A DNA stretch of 64,000 bases. Origin: Octopus bimaculoides (lineage: Eukaryota). Shown here piece by piece: positions 23,903 to 38,049 of the stretch. Made by a program: the position numbers and the translations under genes. The DNA lies in NCBI RefSeq assembly GCF_001194135.2, contig NC_068985.1, forward strand, positions 34,050,628 to 34,114,627, given 5' to 3'. The notes below the pieces were generated by a model, which ran no database searches, was not told where the DNA came from, and saw only the letters and a program-made list of their open reading frames with translations. The first letter of the stretch is position 1. The number at the start of each line of letters is the position of its first letter.

Positions 23903-24299
23903 AATTAAATAATTCACTCCCTGATAGTAAACTGCAGGATTACTTGTAGCGCACATGGATAATTGAGAACTGATACGAGTTTCTTACTCGTCTATAGGAA
24001 TTTGGAAATGAACTAAGGATAACATGAACTTTTATGGTACTGACTGTCACATGCACCTGTTGCTTTTTGTAAGAGATTCTGAAATGGAACTTCACTGAAA
24101 AGTAGAAAGTCTGTTTGAAAATGAACAAGACTTGGTGCCAATCCTTTCAGTTCGTCAAATAATTGCCAATTTGTAGACAGTCTTTTATCAACTCAAGGCA
24201 CCAATCTAATGATCATTTCAGAGCATATCTTCTTGATAAATTGAATGTGGTCTTCAGAATTCTTTTTACATCTTTATTTATTTATTTTTATTTGGAATC

Positions 24300-25400
24300 A
24301 ACTTTTGCACCAAATAGAATTTCTGACACAATCAGCTGTAATTGTTTTTTTTTTGTTGTTATATATTAACTTTTCAAGAATAGTATTTGTTACTTGAAAA
24401 ATATGTGTTTATTTCAAGCTTAGAAAATGAATGGTATCATAGAAGCAAAACAGACAGTTGTCATCATCTACTAGCATATTTGCTATCAAACTCTCTTTGG
24501 AATGCCTATTCTGTGTTCCATACAGGTTTGTATATGTAATGTAAGTACACCTACAATTCTTCCTAGTTTATAAGTAACTGTCTAACGTAAATTTGCTTCA
24601 CATTGCTCATCTTGTATTAGACATTTTTTGAAGATTGAGATACACTGACCTTTTTATCATCTGCTTTCATAATTTTGATTAAATTTTTAAAATTTGAAAC
24701 CTAAGGGTACTTTTCCTGGATCATGCAAGAGTTTCCCTAAATTTAGTTTTTCAAAGCCCTCCTTAATACAAAGCAGAAAATTGTAGGTGCATGGCCTTTT
24801 AATGCAATCTGGTGATGCATCTCAAAGTCTCAAACATAATGAATTGTTTTCCTGTCCTATGCTACTAACACCATCACTGGCAAAGCTTATATAATTAGAC
24901 AAATCTCAACTCTCCTTCCCTAGTTGAGATAACAGTGCTTCATAAAAAAGATTATCCAGTTGTTTTGATAGCAAGAGCAAGTCCCAAAAATGAAGTCTCC
25001 TCTGCCTGTTCCTTTTATCACAATATCTTGAACAAACATAAGTACTTTTATCACTAAAGATGTTATCAGTAAAGAAGTAGAATTTCTCATTTCTAACATT
25101 ATTTTCTATACAAGGAACAATCACATTCTGAATGAGCACTTAAATGTAATTCAGTGCAGTTGAAGGTTTTCAAGGTAACTTCTCCTGTCATGCTTCTTCA
25201 TGACATTACAAATGTGATCATTGGCATTGACACAACAGTGACAAATACTGCAATCTTGAGTTCTATATGACGTCTTTTATGTTCCTTAGAAACCTTTGAT
25301 GTGTTTTGGAAAGATTATAGTACTGCAAGAGGAAAGAATAATACTGCTAAGCTTATATCCTTCTGTTCCTTTTGTCTTACAATGTGTTTTTAAAGTGGTC
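24300..25400 (-). pseudogene. Fossil hAT-superfamily transposase
   Basis: Manual translation across frameshifts gives ELKIAVFV...LIQNVIVPCIENNVRNEKFYFFTD...TSFLGL...ISFASDGVSSIGQENNSLCLRL.DASPDCIKRPC, matching the hAT D(E)STD ... TDGAS..G..NS ... CxxH architecture. Confidence 0.7.
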
Positions 25401-26070
25401 TTTCTGAGATGAACATTTTTCTTGCACATATATATATATATGTAGGAATATGGGGTTGATATTTGATAAATATACAGAGACAGATGTTAGTTAGATAATG
25501 TATGTATGCATGGATGCATATCTATGTCTGTATGTATGTGTGTGTATGTGTGTGTGTTAGTAAGGATTATGTGTCGGTACCCTCAAAATGACTTTGTTGC
25601 CATAATGCTTGTTACTAACAGAGTGCATCATAGTACGTTTCATGGAAGCTGGTGGTTTGGTTAGGAGGAGCATTACATAGTACGCACACACACACAGATA
25701 TCTATTTGAAAAGATCAAGCTGGTTACTCTTTTCATTGAGTCACACATTCAGTAAATGTTCTAATGTTATTCATAAATTTGCTCTAAAGTAATAACCTTA
25801 TTTGTATATAGATAGATATGAGTTTGTGTGTGTGTGTGTGTGTGTTGTCTAACTTTAAATCAACTCTGGCTGAGCAGCTCAAGATTGAAGGTGTTCCATT
25901 CCATAATGTTATTTTTTTAAGGGGAGCCTAGGGCTATATTATCTAATGCAACCTTCCTTTATTCAGACAGTAGAGGTGTGAGTTGAGGGTAATTTGGTTG
26001 CCATTTCTTGCAGCTCACCTCAATGCATAAACTGTCCAACATCAGCATGTATGTGTATGTGTGCATATAC

Positions 26071-26099
<29 letters not shown>

Positions 26100-26103
<4 letters not shown>

Positions 26104-26246
26104 GTTGGTGTTAGGAAGGGCATCCAGCTGTAAAAACTCTGCCAGATCAGATTGGAGCCTGGTGCAGCCTTCTGGTTTGCCAGTCCTCAGTCAAATTGTC
26201 CAACCATGCTAGCATGGAAGGCGGACGTTAAACGATGATAATGATG

Positions 26247-26277
<31 letters not shown>

Positions 26278-26710
26278 CATTGGGCTATATGCTGTGCTTG
26301 AGAAGCCCCATCAAGCCAAGTGAGATCATAGTCATGGTTGACGCTAGTGTCGCATACCTGGCACTCATTGCCAGTGGTACGTAAAAAGCATCCTTCTAAC
26401 TTTGGGTCTCACAGAGGCAGTGACAAATGACCATGACCTTTGGTAATACACTGTGCTTGTGAAAACCTGCCAAGCCAAGTAAGATTATAGTCATGGTCAC
26501 TGCCAGTGTTTTGTAACTGGCTGTCATGCTGGTGGCATGTAAAAAGTAGCCACTACACTCTCGGAGTGGTCGGTATTAGGAAGGGCATCCAGCTGTAGAA
26601 ACCATACCAAATCAGATTAAAACCTGGTGCAGCTCCCCAGCTTACTAGTTTTCAGTCAAACTGTCCAACTCATGCCAGCATGGAAAATAGATGTTGAATG
26701 ATGATGATGA
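26100..26710 (+). mobile_element. Cluster of RTE 3' tails separated by (TA)n, including a tandemly repeated 3'UTR unit
   Basis: Tail GTTAGGAAGGGCATCCAGCTGTA...GCCAGCATGGAA...GTTAAACGATGAT at 26100-26250 and 26560-26710. Other copies at about 340-400, 23170-23380, 27470-27600, 35320-35380, 36300-36510 and 49740-49960. Confidence 0.8.
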
Positions 26711-26728
26711 AGATATATGATATGTATA

Positions 26729-26777
<49 letters not shown>

Positions 26778-27649
26778 TTGGGGGCGTGGTTGTATTTTTT
26801 TTGTGTGGCATATAAGTAGACTATTATCAATTGAACGAACTAACAAGAAATCAACAGTTTGTGAAAACCCAAATCCAATATTGTATTGATTTTCTAACAC
26901 AAGTTACAGCAATATTGATCACCTATTGCTAGTCAATCATATTTCTCTATGTTGAGTTGAATGACATTCCATAAAAGTGATATCGAATATCATTATTGAT
27001 TCTTTTACATAGCCTCAAAAAAATTGCATTTACAGTTGTGCATAGAAACATGATTGTGTGATATCCATACCATTATCATGTGTGTTAGTGTTATGAAGGA
27101 GCAGAAATAATTTTGACTGAAAAACAAACTAGTTTATGGATTGGGTCACTGATTGACTACTTTCTATGCCATAACACTTCTCTATCCAATTAATGATTTT
27201 ATATAAGAAACAGGCATGGCTGTATAACATGAAGTTTGCTTCCCTATCACATGGTTTTGGGTTCAGTCCTATTGCTTGGCCCCTTGGGCAAGTGTCTTCT
27301 ATTATAGCCCCTGTCCAACAAAAGCTTTGTGAGTGGATTTAGCAGATGGAAACTGAAAGAAGCCCACTGTGTGTGTGTGGCTGTGTGCATGCATGCGCAT
27401 GTGTGCGTGCATGTGTATGTGTGTGCATGTGCACACGTGTGTGTACGTGCACACATGCATGTGTGTGTAATCATCATCATCATCATTATCATTTAATGCT
27501 CATTTTCGATGAGAGTATGGGTTGGACAGTCTAACTGGAGCTGGCAAGTTGGAGGGCTGTACCAGGCTCCAGTTGTCTATTTTGACATGGTTTCTATCCT
27601 ACCTTAACACCTAATTCTATGAGAAGGACTAGTAGGGATTCTTTGAACC

Positions 27650-28000
27650 ATGAGTACCAAATGCAAACGAATAAATGTCTGTATAATTGTTAAAAACAAA
27701 ATTGTCTGTCCTTTGGGAAATCAGTGTTTAAGGAAAAATATAGTGTATCAATGTAAGGTAATAACAGGGGGTCCTAAGTATTATTACATAGATTCATCAG
27801 CTACAATCTGGAAATCTAGATTTCATAATCATTCTCATTCATATAGAAGTATAGAAGAAAAGGTAATTCTACAAATCTTAGTAAATGCATTAAGTATGAT
27901 TTGAGGTGGTCCATTATTAGTTACACACCATTGCACAATATTGGCAATTCTACATTTCATTTTGCCTTGAAGAAATGTATTATATGATTACTTCTAAATT
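27650..28000 (+). pseudogene. Penelope-like element GIY-YIG endonuclease fragment
   Basis: ORF 27650-27904: CPLGNQCLRKNIVYQCKV...YYYIDSSATIWKSRFHNH, the Penelope CPL.G.CL...IVY...YIG...FK.R..NH pattern. Confidence 0.7.
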
Positions 28001-30029
28001 AATATTATTAAATATTAAAAAGGAATTTTACAATGAAATGTTGTCACAAATTTCAGAAGGCATTTAATTATTTCAATTCTTAGTTTATAATTGCTTTTCA
28101 TATATTATATAATAAGCATAATTGTTTTTTTACAAAACATTTACTATATTTAATAAATAGATAACTAATTGTTGTGATGTAGAATCTTTCTGTTTGTAAT
28201 TGTTTCTAAACATAGAATTCTTTGTTTATTTTTTATTCTTTCATTATTCACTGATGTCACCAAGAGTTGAATGCAAAAATAGCTTTACTTTGTTTATATT
28301 TCTTCTTAATATTCTTTTTGAATGCGTTCATGTACTGGAGATATTTTCTTAGTTTACTTTGAATTTAACTAATTTTGGATTGCCTTGAAAGCGTTGTGTT
28401 AACATGTATTTTTGGAAATATTAATTTGAATGATATTTTCTATATCTAAATATGTTGATACAACAAAAATGATTGATGACTTTGGGTAGTGAATTCTACA
28501 ATTAAAGATGTGATATTCTCTATGTGTATTTTTGTTGTCTTATACTCTGAAATTCTCAAAATTCTTTAAATGATATTTGGGTTTACTTGTCATACATAAG
28601 GAATTACTCTGGATGTGTATTCTTCTTGCATTTATTGGGGTCTGATTTTTTGATATAGTTAAACAAATTCGTTATTGGTATCTGCCTGGATTTTTCAATC
28701 CCATTTTTCTTCTTAATACATACATACATGCATACATATGCATGTGTGTGTGTGTGCATGTGTTTCATTAAATGCACAACAAATTCCAGTTATATTTGGG
28801 AAATATAATTAAAATTAAATGTGTTATGTGTAGGAATAAATTATTCTTTTTATCTTCCATGGTATTTGAATCTGTATAATAACTTTTTGAAGATATGATT
28901 TTTAAATGATGAAATTTAGTAACAGCATTTCAATAGATACCGTTTATTATTTTGTGTTAAATATAATTGTCTCTTGCTATTGTATCAAATATTGGGAGGG
29001 CACTTTAGTAAAAATGATTTGGTATCAATATATACAAATTTAAATATGAAACTGCACAAAAATAAATTATTTGCCATCATCTGGAATTTTAATAATGTAT
29101 TGTAATATTGTAATATTAAGTTTTAGAAGTCTTCATATAAACACTTGTGAAAATCTCAGTTCCCCAGTTTCTTTATTGTTGCTATCATTTCTCTCTTTCC
29201 CCCTCTCTCTCGCTCTCACTCTCCCCCCTCTCTTTATGTATATATATGTATACACACATATGTGTGTGTATAAGAACTTTCTTCATTGCAAAACTGCAAA
29301 AGAGAGGTTTACCATTCATGCTCATATAAAAAAAAAAATTTTTTTTAAATGTGATTGGTTATCTACATACACTGCTTGAAGATTATAAATGTTAGAACTT
29401 CCACCATCAATTGTCCCCACCAATTTAGCCTAAGATTTCAGCACAATTTAATGCATCCAACTTTACATGCAAAAACACATACACAGCGACATATAAGTCT
29501 AAGATTTGCTGCTCACTCAATCCCATCCTTTTACTCTACTGCCCACATATCTACCCTACATCTCCCATACCCAAACTCTACTGTGTAGGCAGTTACCTCT
29601 TATTTAGGTTTTTTGGTGGTAGGTAAAGAAATAACTCTTGATGAATTTCTCTCTGAACTTCTCACAAATGTTTGTTCTGTTTTTTTCATTGCACAAACAA
29701 ACCTGATGTGACATTTGTTAACCTCCAGTACTAGAGGGCTGTTCTACTTCAATTATTACATGTTTTTTTCTCTTGTAATAATATAATATAATTGCCATTA
29801 CTGTATTAATAAATAAAATAACACATACAACTCACTTATTATTGTCATATAATAAACAAACATAAGTTCATGTATGAAATTGATCTTTTTTCTGCTTCAG
29901 TTATTACATATTTTTCTCTTATAAAAATGCACATATACAGGAGTAAATTATATATATAATAATACTTTGAATGTGGCACCCGAAAAACAGTAAAAGTAAT
30001 TACCTGATCAGTGATGGGTATTACTGCTA

Positions 30030-30089
<60 letters not shown>

Positions 30090-32674
30090 AGAATGGGTTG
30101 GAAAAAGGTTAGAGTTTCTACTACTGCTAGTAACAAAAGGTTTTCCTCTCAGAGTGAAGGATAGATTGTATGATGCTTGTGTTAGAACTGTGATGCTGTA
30201 CAGTAGTGAGACATAGGTCTTGAATGGAAAGAAGGTGAAAAAACTGGAAAGAAATAAAGCTAGCATATTCCATTTGAAAATATGACGAAGTACAAATGTG
30301 TTGAGAGAAAAACTAGGCATAAGAGGAATCAGATGTAGTGTGCAGGTATCGATATGTGATGTATATGGATGAGGACAGCTGTATAAAGAAGTTCTGATCA
30401 CTTAATGTTGATGGAGTTTGTTGAAGAGGGTGACCTAGGAAGACACGAGGTGAAGTATTGATGGAGGATCTCAGGATCTTGAACCTCAAAGAGAGGATGA
30501 CAAGGGACTAGGTTGACTGGTAATATGTGGTTCTTGAGAAGACCTGCTCATTTGATGAAACATAATTCTGAAAGTACAATGTGTATATATGCACAACTGG
30601 TTCCGTACATAATTTCCTTCTCAAGACCCCTCCCCACCACCAATCATCATCTTACTAACTGCAGTATCCTTCTGCTGTAATTCAATGTGAGTAAAACTGC
30701 ACACTTTACCAGCTTTTCCCTGATACCACTTATCTTTCTCACTACTCAGAACCATTTCAACCTTCATTCTCAATACTGTCTTCATCTATGTTTTATATTG
30801 ATCATCATCTTGAGTCATCAAATTATCTTTCCTTCTCCACTACCATACATCTTTCACTCTCCCCATGTACTACACCTGCTTCTCCCTCCACACTCTCACA
30901 ACCTAGCCAATGACTAGTCATCTCTCTCTCCCCCAACTTATGTGTCATTGGCCAACACTACTTCCTATTCTGACTCCACACAAGGTGAGCACACACACAT
31001 TGATACATATCACAATTTTTTTTGAAATTTCAAGTTCCATTTTGTAGATATATGTGATGTGTGTCAGTATGTATGTGTGCAAGTCTGCCAATTTTTTTTT
31101 CCATATTAAGTTCCAGTATCATTGTAATCTACACACTCTGAAAGGTATTTGTAGAAAATTTAATAAGAAAATATTCAATTTTCTCAAAGTTAAGAGGAAA
31201 CAAAGGTAACTTGAGTGAATTTTCTGAAATTCCTCTCTTCAATCACTGAAAAATTTTTTCATAACAAATTCCAATATAATTGGAATCTACACCATCTGGA
31301 ATGCATTTGTAGAAAATTTCATTAAAAAAAAAAAATTTTTTTTTCTGGAAATTATGAGGAAAGAAAGTGGTGGGCACATGTGTGTTGGTATGCCAAGCAA
31401 TGAAATATTAATTCTTAGTAGAATGCTGGCAAAGCATGCAACATTTTAAAGATATTTGAAATGCAATGATTGCCAAGTAGAAATTCATATGACAGGTTAC
31501 CTGTGTTCATGCATGTGTATAAACTGTTGTCCAATCATGAATACTTCACTCTGGCCAAGGCCAGTATAGAACAGGTTACAGTGTATTATTGTGCATACAT
31601 TACTGGAAGTCCATAATGAACATGTATTTTTTAATTTTGTAAAATTATGTCAAACGTAAATACATATATATATATCTTCTAAATCATGATGCTTAAATGA
31701 GAAGGGGTTGTATTCTAGCTACATTCACTCACTTTCCCTGAGTCTTGTGTCACAAAAGTATCTTCTATTTATCTTCGTAAGCAAGTTACTTTGAGAATGT
31801 GTGTTGAGGCCATGAGAAAATTCACCTGGTTCTATCTGTTAAGTGGTTGGTATTAGGAAAGGCCTCCAGCTGGAAAAACCAAGCTAAAATGAGACATAGG
31901 AGTAAAATGTAGTTTGCTGATCTATTAAATCCTGTTGAAACATTCAAGCACTGCTTGCATGGAAGGTTAATGAGATGTGATGATAAGATCAAGTAAGTAA
32001 TAGAGGAGACTTACTGCTTTTCAATGATGCATCAATTAACTCTGAAAGTGATTGATAAGTTTAGTTTTTCTGAGTTTCTGAAATGTATAGCTGCTTTAAT
32101 ACAGGTTAACTTTTGCATCTACTATTTATTATATTTTTTATGGGGAGGGGCATTAAAAGTTAGTTTATATTTTCTTTTAAATTCCTGTATCATTATAGCT
32201 CAATAACTTTACTTCCAACATTCACCAAAATCTTTATATTTGGTGGTTTGAGAAACTCTATTCTCATCAATGCAATCTTGAAAAATGCTTCTCATTTCAG
32301 TTAAGACAATGTTTTAAAAATGAAAGAAAGTTTCAATCAAATACTGTTTAATTACTAGTAGTTGTTTTTTTCTTCCTCTGTGACTGCCAGTACAGTTTCT
32401 GTAGAACCAAACCTACTAGAAATTTGAACTTTTATGTTACATGCCTGTGGTTAGATGTCTTTTGTTGATGTCTAACCTGAGCTTAACCTGATTAAGGCAA
32501 TATTATGTTTTTTAATCAGAAATTAGTTAACATGTTTTAAGCTTAAGAATTATATCATACCATATATTAACATTCCTTTAAATTATTGTTCATTTCTATC
32601 TATGTACAGTTCATTACGATAATTTTTAAAAATTTACAGACAATAGACTTTTCATAAATGGAACTTAAAAAGAA

Positions 32675-34370
32675 AATGTTTGGTAAGTACCCCACTTGAT
32701 AAAGAATAAAGAAGAGAAGAAAAAAATTCTCAATAGAGAGCGAAGCTAGACTTGCAGCTCAGCATGCCAGAGGACAGAATTGAGAGCAGCAGAAACTCAT
32801 GCCTAGAAAACTTCCTGAAAATCTGCAGATCTAACTTAAAATTTCAGCAGGAAGGCAATCAGAAACTCCTACCCAAACACAAGCATGACTTATTACATGG
32901 CAAACATCAGCAAGAGTGAGTGACTGGCAGAAAAGAGGCATTACTGCCTTTCAGTATGACATACAAATCAACTATGAGGTACAGATAAGTTGAAGGTCTG
33001 CCATTTGTAAACACTGTCAAGCAAAGAAGTAGAAGGATGCAGCTCCTAGAATGTGTTGTCCTGGAGGTGAAAGTTTTTCTTCTACTCTTCACAACTACCT
33101 TAACTACTGAAGTCACTTTTAGCTGGCAACACTTGGAACTTCTAGTTTTTCTAGGTAAAGGTATGAAAGTACAACTTCTGCTTTCAAATGATCTCATTTG
33201 GCACTACAGGCATTGTACAAGAAGAAGGGTGGATGCTAAGTTTTAACATTCAGAAGCAAGTTTAACATTTGGTTAGTTCTCTTTTGCACTTAATTACTGA
33301 AGAGCTAAAGTTTCCTCACTCATGGATGATGTGCAGCAGAAATAATCCAACTGCCAGAGAAGGAACTCTCTTAGAGCTTCAGGAGATTCTTTATGCTAAG
33401 AATAATTGTGTGAACAGTTTTTGTACTGCTTTGAATAAACTAACACGACCGTGCTAGAAACTAATCATCCATACTGTGAGAACTTCAACAAGACAGCATG
33501 AATAGTATTTTAATGTATCTGCTTTTTTGCGAGTGACTGTTCTTATTTCTAAGCAAGAATTCAATCAATGAGATATCATCCTCAAAAAGCAAGACAAATA
33601 TATTCATATACTTGAGATTATAATGCTTTGTGGCATCTAGTCATATTTTGGAAAGTTTCAGACAAGTATTACATGATGGGAAAAGTGTTTGCAAATGATT
33701 TCTATTCCTCTAGAATTATGGTCACACAACATAACCAGATCTCACATTCTGAGACATGGTCAACTCTTCCACTTACTCATTGTTGATAAGTATATCAAGA
33801 TTAAATCAGAGAAATTGTAATATATTAGACAAAACCAGAGCAGACAAAGAGTGAAGGATTATGTTCACTTTAGAAATGCTATTGCAAATAGACAGTTTCT
33901 TAAAGTACCCTCTTCCTTCAAAAGTACCCTGCACTGTAGGCTTAAGTACTCACAGGATATCATAATTTATGTTCAAAACTATAGCATACCTGATCTGTTT
34001 ATGATTTCCATCTGCAATCTTACTTGGCCAGAGATCACTGCAACTTGTGCATGGTTAGACAGTCTTACATACATCATCTTCTTGCCAGAGAGTTTTGTCA
34101 GACAATTATTTAATTTATGAGTCTCACTACAAAAGATGCTGTTATTAGAACCTGTAGATGTTACACGAACTCTGTTGAATCACAAACATGTGGATTGCCA
34201 CACAGAAAAATATGGTCCCTGTAGTCATGGTCTCTGTAGTCACCTCAACACACATTTTCCTGATATAAAAGTGGGAAAATGTACAAAATGACATTGTAGG
34301 TCTCTTCTTCAAGAAAGTCAGACATGATAGATATCTTTTTGTATATTATGCTTTTAGTGTAATATGTTTT
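32675..34370 (+). pseudogene. Fossil Helitron Rep (N-terminal and HUH region of RepHel)
   Basis: Frameshifted translation: AFQYD...ICKHCQAKK...RMCC; LKSLLAG...KYNFCFQMISFG...GWMLSFNIQKQV.HLVSSLL; RIMV...LRHGQLFH..IVDKYIKIKSEKL.YIRQNQ; NYSIPDLFMISICNLTWPEI; VESQTCGLPH (34175-34203, degenerate EWQKRGLPH); GKCTK. Confidence 0.88.
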
Positions 34371-35394
34371 ACATGTTATATAATCTAAAACTAAATATTT
34401 GAAGAATTGCAAATTAATCATATGTTTATGCCAATTTTTAAGGATTAATTTAAGCTCTGACAATATAAGCACAACAAATTACCAAACTGCTACTTATATA
34501 AGAGATTAAAAGATTATCGCAAACTGAAATTAGATTATCATATAAAACTTGTTAAGACAGTAAATGTGTTCACTGAACTGTTAACAACAAATAAATAACA
34601 AGGTTATTTTCCTAGTTAACCCATTCAAAATGTGCGCATATGTGCATATATACACAATATGTTTGTATGTATGTATGTATGCATGTATGTATTTAATCAT
34701 CACTAAGTTTGACTAAGGGTACCAAAGCACCTACATTGTGAAAAATAACAGTTAAAATACTCTTAATGCTATAAGAAGAGCACAATATATACATATACTG
34801 ACAGAAGAAGTAACCTCTCCTGTCAGTATATGTATATATTGTGCTCTTTTTACAACATTAAGAGTATTTTAACTCTTATTTCTTGCAATGTAGATGCTTC
34901 AGCACACTTACTGACGATTAAATTTTTCCTTTATGGTATTACATTGTGTCTAGTTGTTTATATTAATTTTATGTATGTAAGTATGTACATGCACACACAC
35001 ACTCACATTTACATGTATAAGTCTGTCTGTCTGTCTGGAATAGCATGGCTTAGTGGTTATATTGCTATACTCATGATTATAAGATTGTGGTTTTGATTCC
35101 TGGACTGGGCAAAGCATTGTGTTCTTGAGCAAAACATTTCATTTCTCATTGCTCCTGTCCCTCAGCTGGTCAAAATGAGTAATCCTGCAATAGACCAGCA
35201 TCACATTCAGTGAGGAACATATACACCACGGAATCTGGGAAGCTGATTGTGTGAGCCTATGGCTTGGGAAGGACCCTTAATCCTTTTTCTGATGCATGTA
35301 TGCTGATGTAGCCCTGCAGCTCGCTGGACCATATTAAACTGTCCAACCCATGCCAGCATGGAAAATAGATGTTAAACGATGGTGTTGCATACAT

Positions 35395-35858
35395 GCATAC
35401 ATTCATACATACATACATACATATATAAATATACATACATACAAACACACACACACACACTAACACATACACATATATGTATATACTTATATATATATAT
35501 ATATACTTATATATATATATACATACATATATATATATATACATACACACAAATATATATATATGTGTGTATATACATGCACATACACATGCTTTAGTGA
35601 TATATAAACAACTGGAGATAAATGATATGCACTGAACCTGAAAGATTGCTTTGTAGCTATTTGTAAATTGTGTATATTAAATGATAATCATTTCTCTTAG
35701 GATGGAGTACTTTTTTGTTTTCAGAGAAAAGCAAATACAAAATCACTTACACACACACACACACACACACGTGTGTGCACATGCATACATGCATATACAC
35801 ACACATGCAAACACACATACATACACACACATACATTCATACACACACACACATATAA

Positions 35859-35893
<35 letters not shown>

Positions 35894-35960
35894 AATATAT
35901 AAATATGTAAATATATATATATGTGTAAATATATATGTAAATATATATATGTAAATATAT
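35395..35960. repeat. Compound (TA)n/(CA)n/(TACA)n microsatellite field
   Basis: Directly visible. Similar tracts at 150, 21600, 26740, 30030, 37690, 42725 and 46085. Confidence 0.95.
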
Positions 35961-36515
35961 ATATATGTGTAAATATATATTTCCCTATTCATGCACCTTC
36001 AGCAATGTTCTACCATCCTATTTATATTCTCATCCTGTACCTTGAGAGTATGTCCTGGCATATTGCCACCTTCTCTCTTGCTCCCTCCCACCTTTTCTCT
36101 CTCACTTTCACTCTCTCTCATTCTCACTCACTTTCTTTCTTTCTCTTGCTCTCTCCCTTTGACTGGGGTAACCATGTATCTCCTCTACAGCAAGACACCT
36201 GTTTCTGCCCCCTCAACCATTCTCTTACTTCTCATCATCTGGCACAAAACTGCCTCCTCCAATACCCTGTCTCCCTCTCAAAGGATCTTCATCTTGCAAG
36301 TTGTTTGGCGGCCTCACCAGAGCTGGTGCCATGTAAAAAAGCACCCATTACACTCTGTAAGGTGGTTGGCATTTAGAAGGGTATTCAACTGTAAAAACTA
36401 TACCAAAACAGACAGTGGAGCTTGGTGTAGTCTTCTGGCTTGTCAGCTCCAGTCAACCCATCCAACTCATGCCAGCATGGAAAATGGATGTTAAATGATG
36501 ATGATGATGATGATG

Positions 36516-36547
<32 letters not shown>

Positions 36548-37688
36548 AGGATGGGTTTCTTTCAGTTTCCCCTCTACCAAATTCATTCACATGACTTTGG
36601 TCAGCCTAGGGCTATGGTAGAAGAAATTTACCCTATGTGCTATGCAGTGGAACTGAACCTGAAACCATTGGCTGTACAGTTTGGAAGCAAACTTCTTAAT
36701 TGTATAGCCATACCCGCACTTATGTACATAAATATGTATGTACATACATACATACGTACCTACATACGTGTCTACATACATACATACATATATACATACA
36801 TACATATATGGTGATTGCTCCATCTTCACATCTCCTTGTGCTTCCTTGTCAATGGTATTTCTGACATTCTGTCCTTGACCTCTCAGATGACTAATCAGTC
36901 CTGCTGCAGATTTGCTCGGTTTGAAGTACAGGCAACAGACAAAAGTTGTAACTTATTGTGCGCTTCCAACTGGTCTGTGCATGTTACCACTCTTCCATCA
37001 CCACAGGACTTTCAGTTGAAGGATTGACAAATAAGGTCACTATAAAGAAACATCTGTACATCATTGGATTATAGTGATAAACACTTGTACAATTCAAGTA
37101 TGTACGTATTCACAAACACCCAAACATACATAACTACATATTTACATGTGTGTGTGTGTGTGTATGTGTGTGTGTAGATTACAATAAGCGATATATTTTG
37201 TTGGACTAACAGTTATGGATTAATTATTTGTTCACTTTTCATGCTTATCTTTGATTTTTGAGTTCTTTATTTTAAGTGACCAGGCATAGCTTCTTTGAAC
37301 TGGTCACTCTCTTGAATATATATATATATGATGATGATATATACACGCATGTACAGACAGACACATGCATGCACGCACACATACACACATACATGCTATT
37401 AAGCATCAGAATAACACAATATTATTAAACACCACACTATAATGTGTTACTATTTTTATAGCTTTTAAGCATATTCAGTGTTGAAGTGTATAATTTCTAG
37501 TAAACTCAGAAATCATCTAGTATTCAATTATTTATATAATGTTGAATTTATTCATAGTAAAGGCCATATACCATGATTTATAATTAAAAATAGATCTTAA
37601 ACAGAGAGGTTTCTTAGCTTTGCTAAAATTTAATGTTTTCTATATCACTCATTTTGGCAAGCATCATTGTATATATATACAAATACAT

Positions 37689-37732
<44 letters not shown>

Positions 37733-38049
37733 ACATGCACACACACACACATACGTGCAAATGTGTGTAATAATTACATAATGGAAAAGTCATGTTAGCT
37801 ATTTGATACACCTGCAGCATTATATTCACTTCCATTTTATTTTGTGGTAGACTAGTACAATGTGTACCCAATAAAAAACAAACTTTTGAAGTCCAGTTTC
37901 ATTTTGGGCTGGCAGCAGTATTGTGTGTGGTTGACTTTGCCCTTCAGTCTAATAATAACTACATCACATCAGCTAGTCAACAGTTTACATGTACTTCAGT
38001 GTATATATGTGAGACTACTTGGTAATTTGTTGCAAGTTAAACAATTAAG

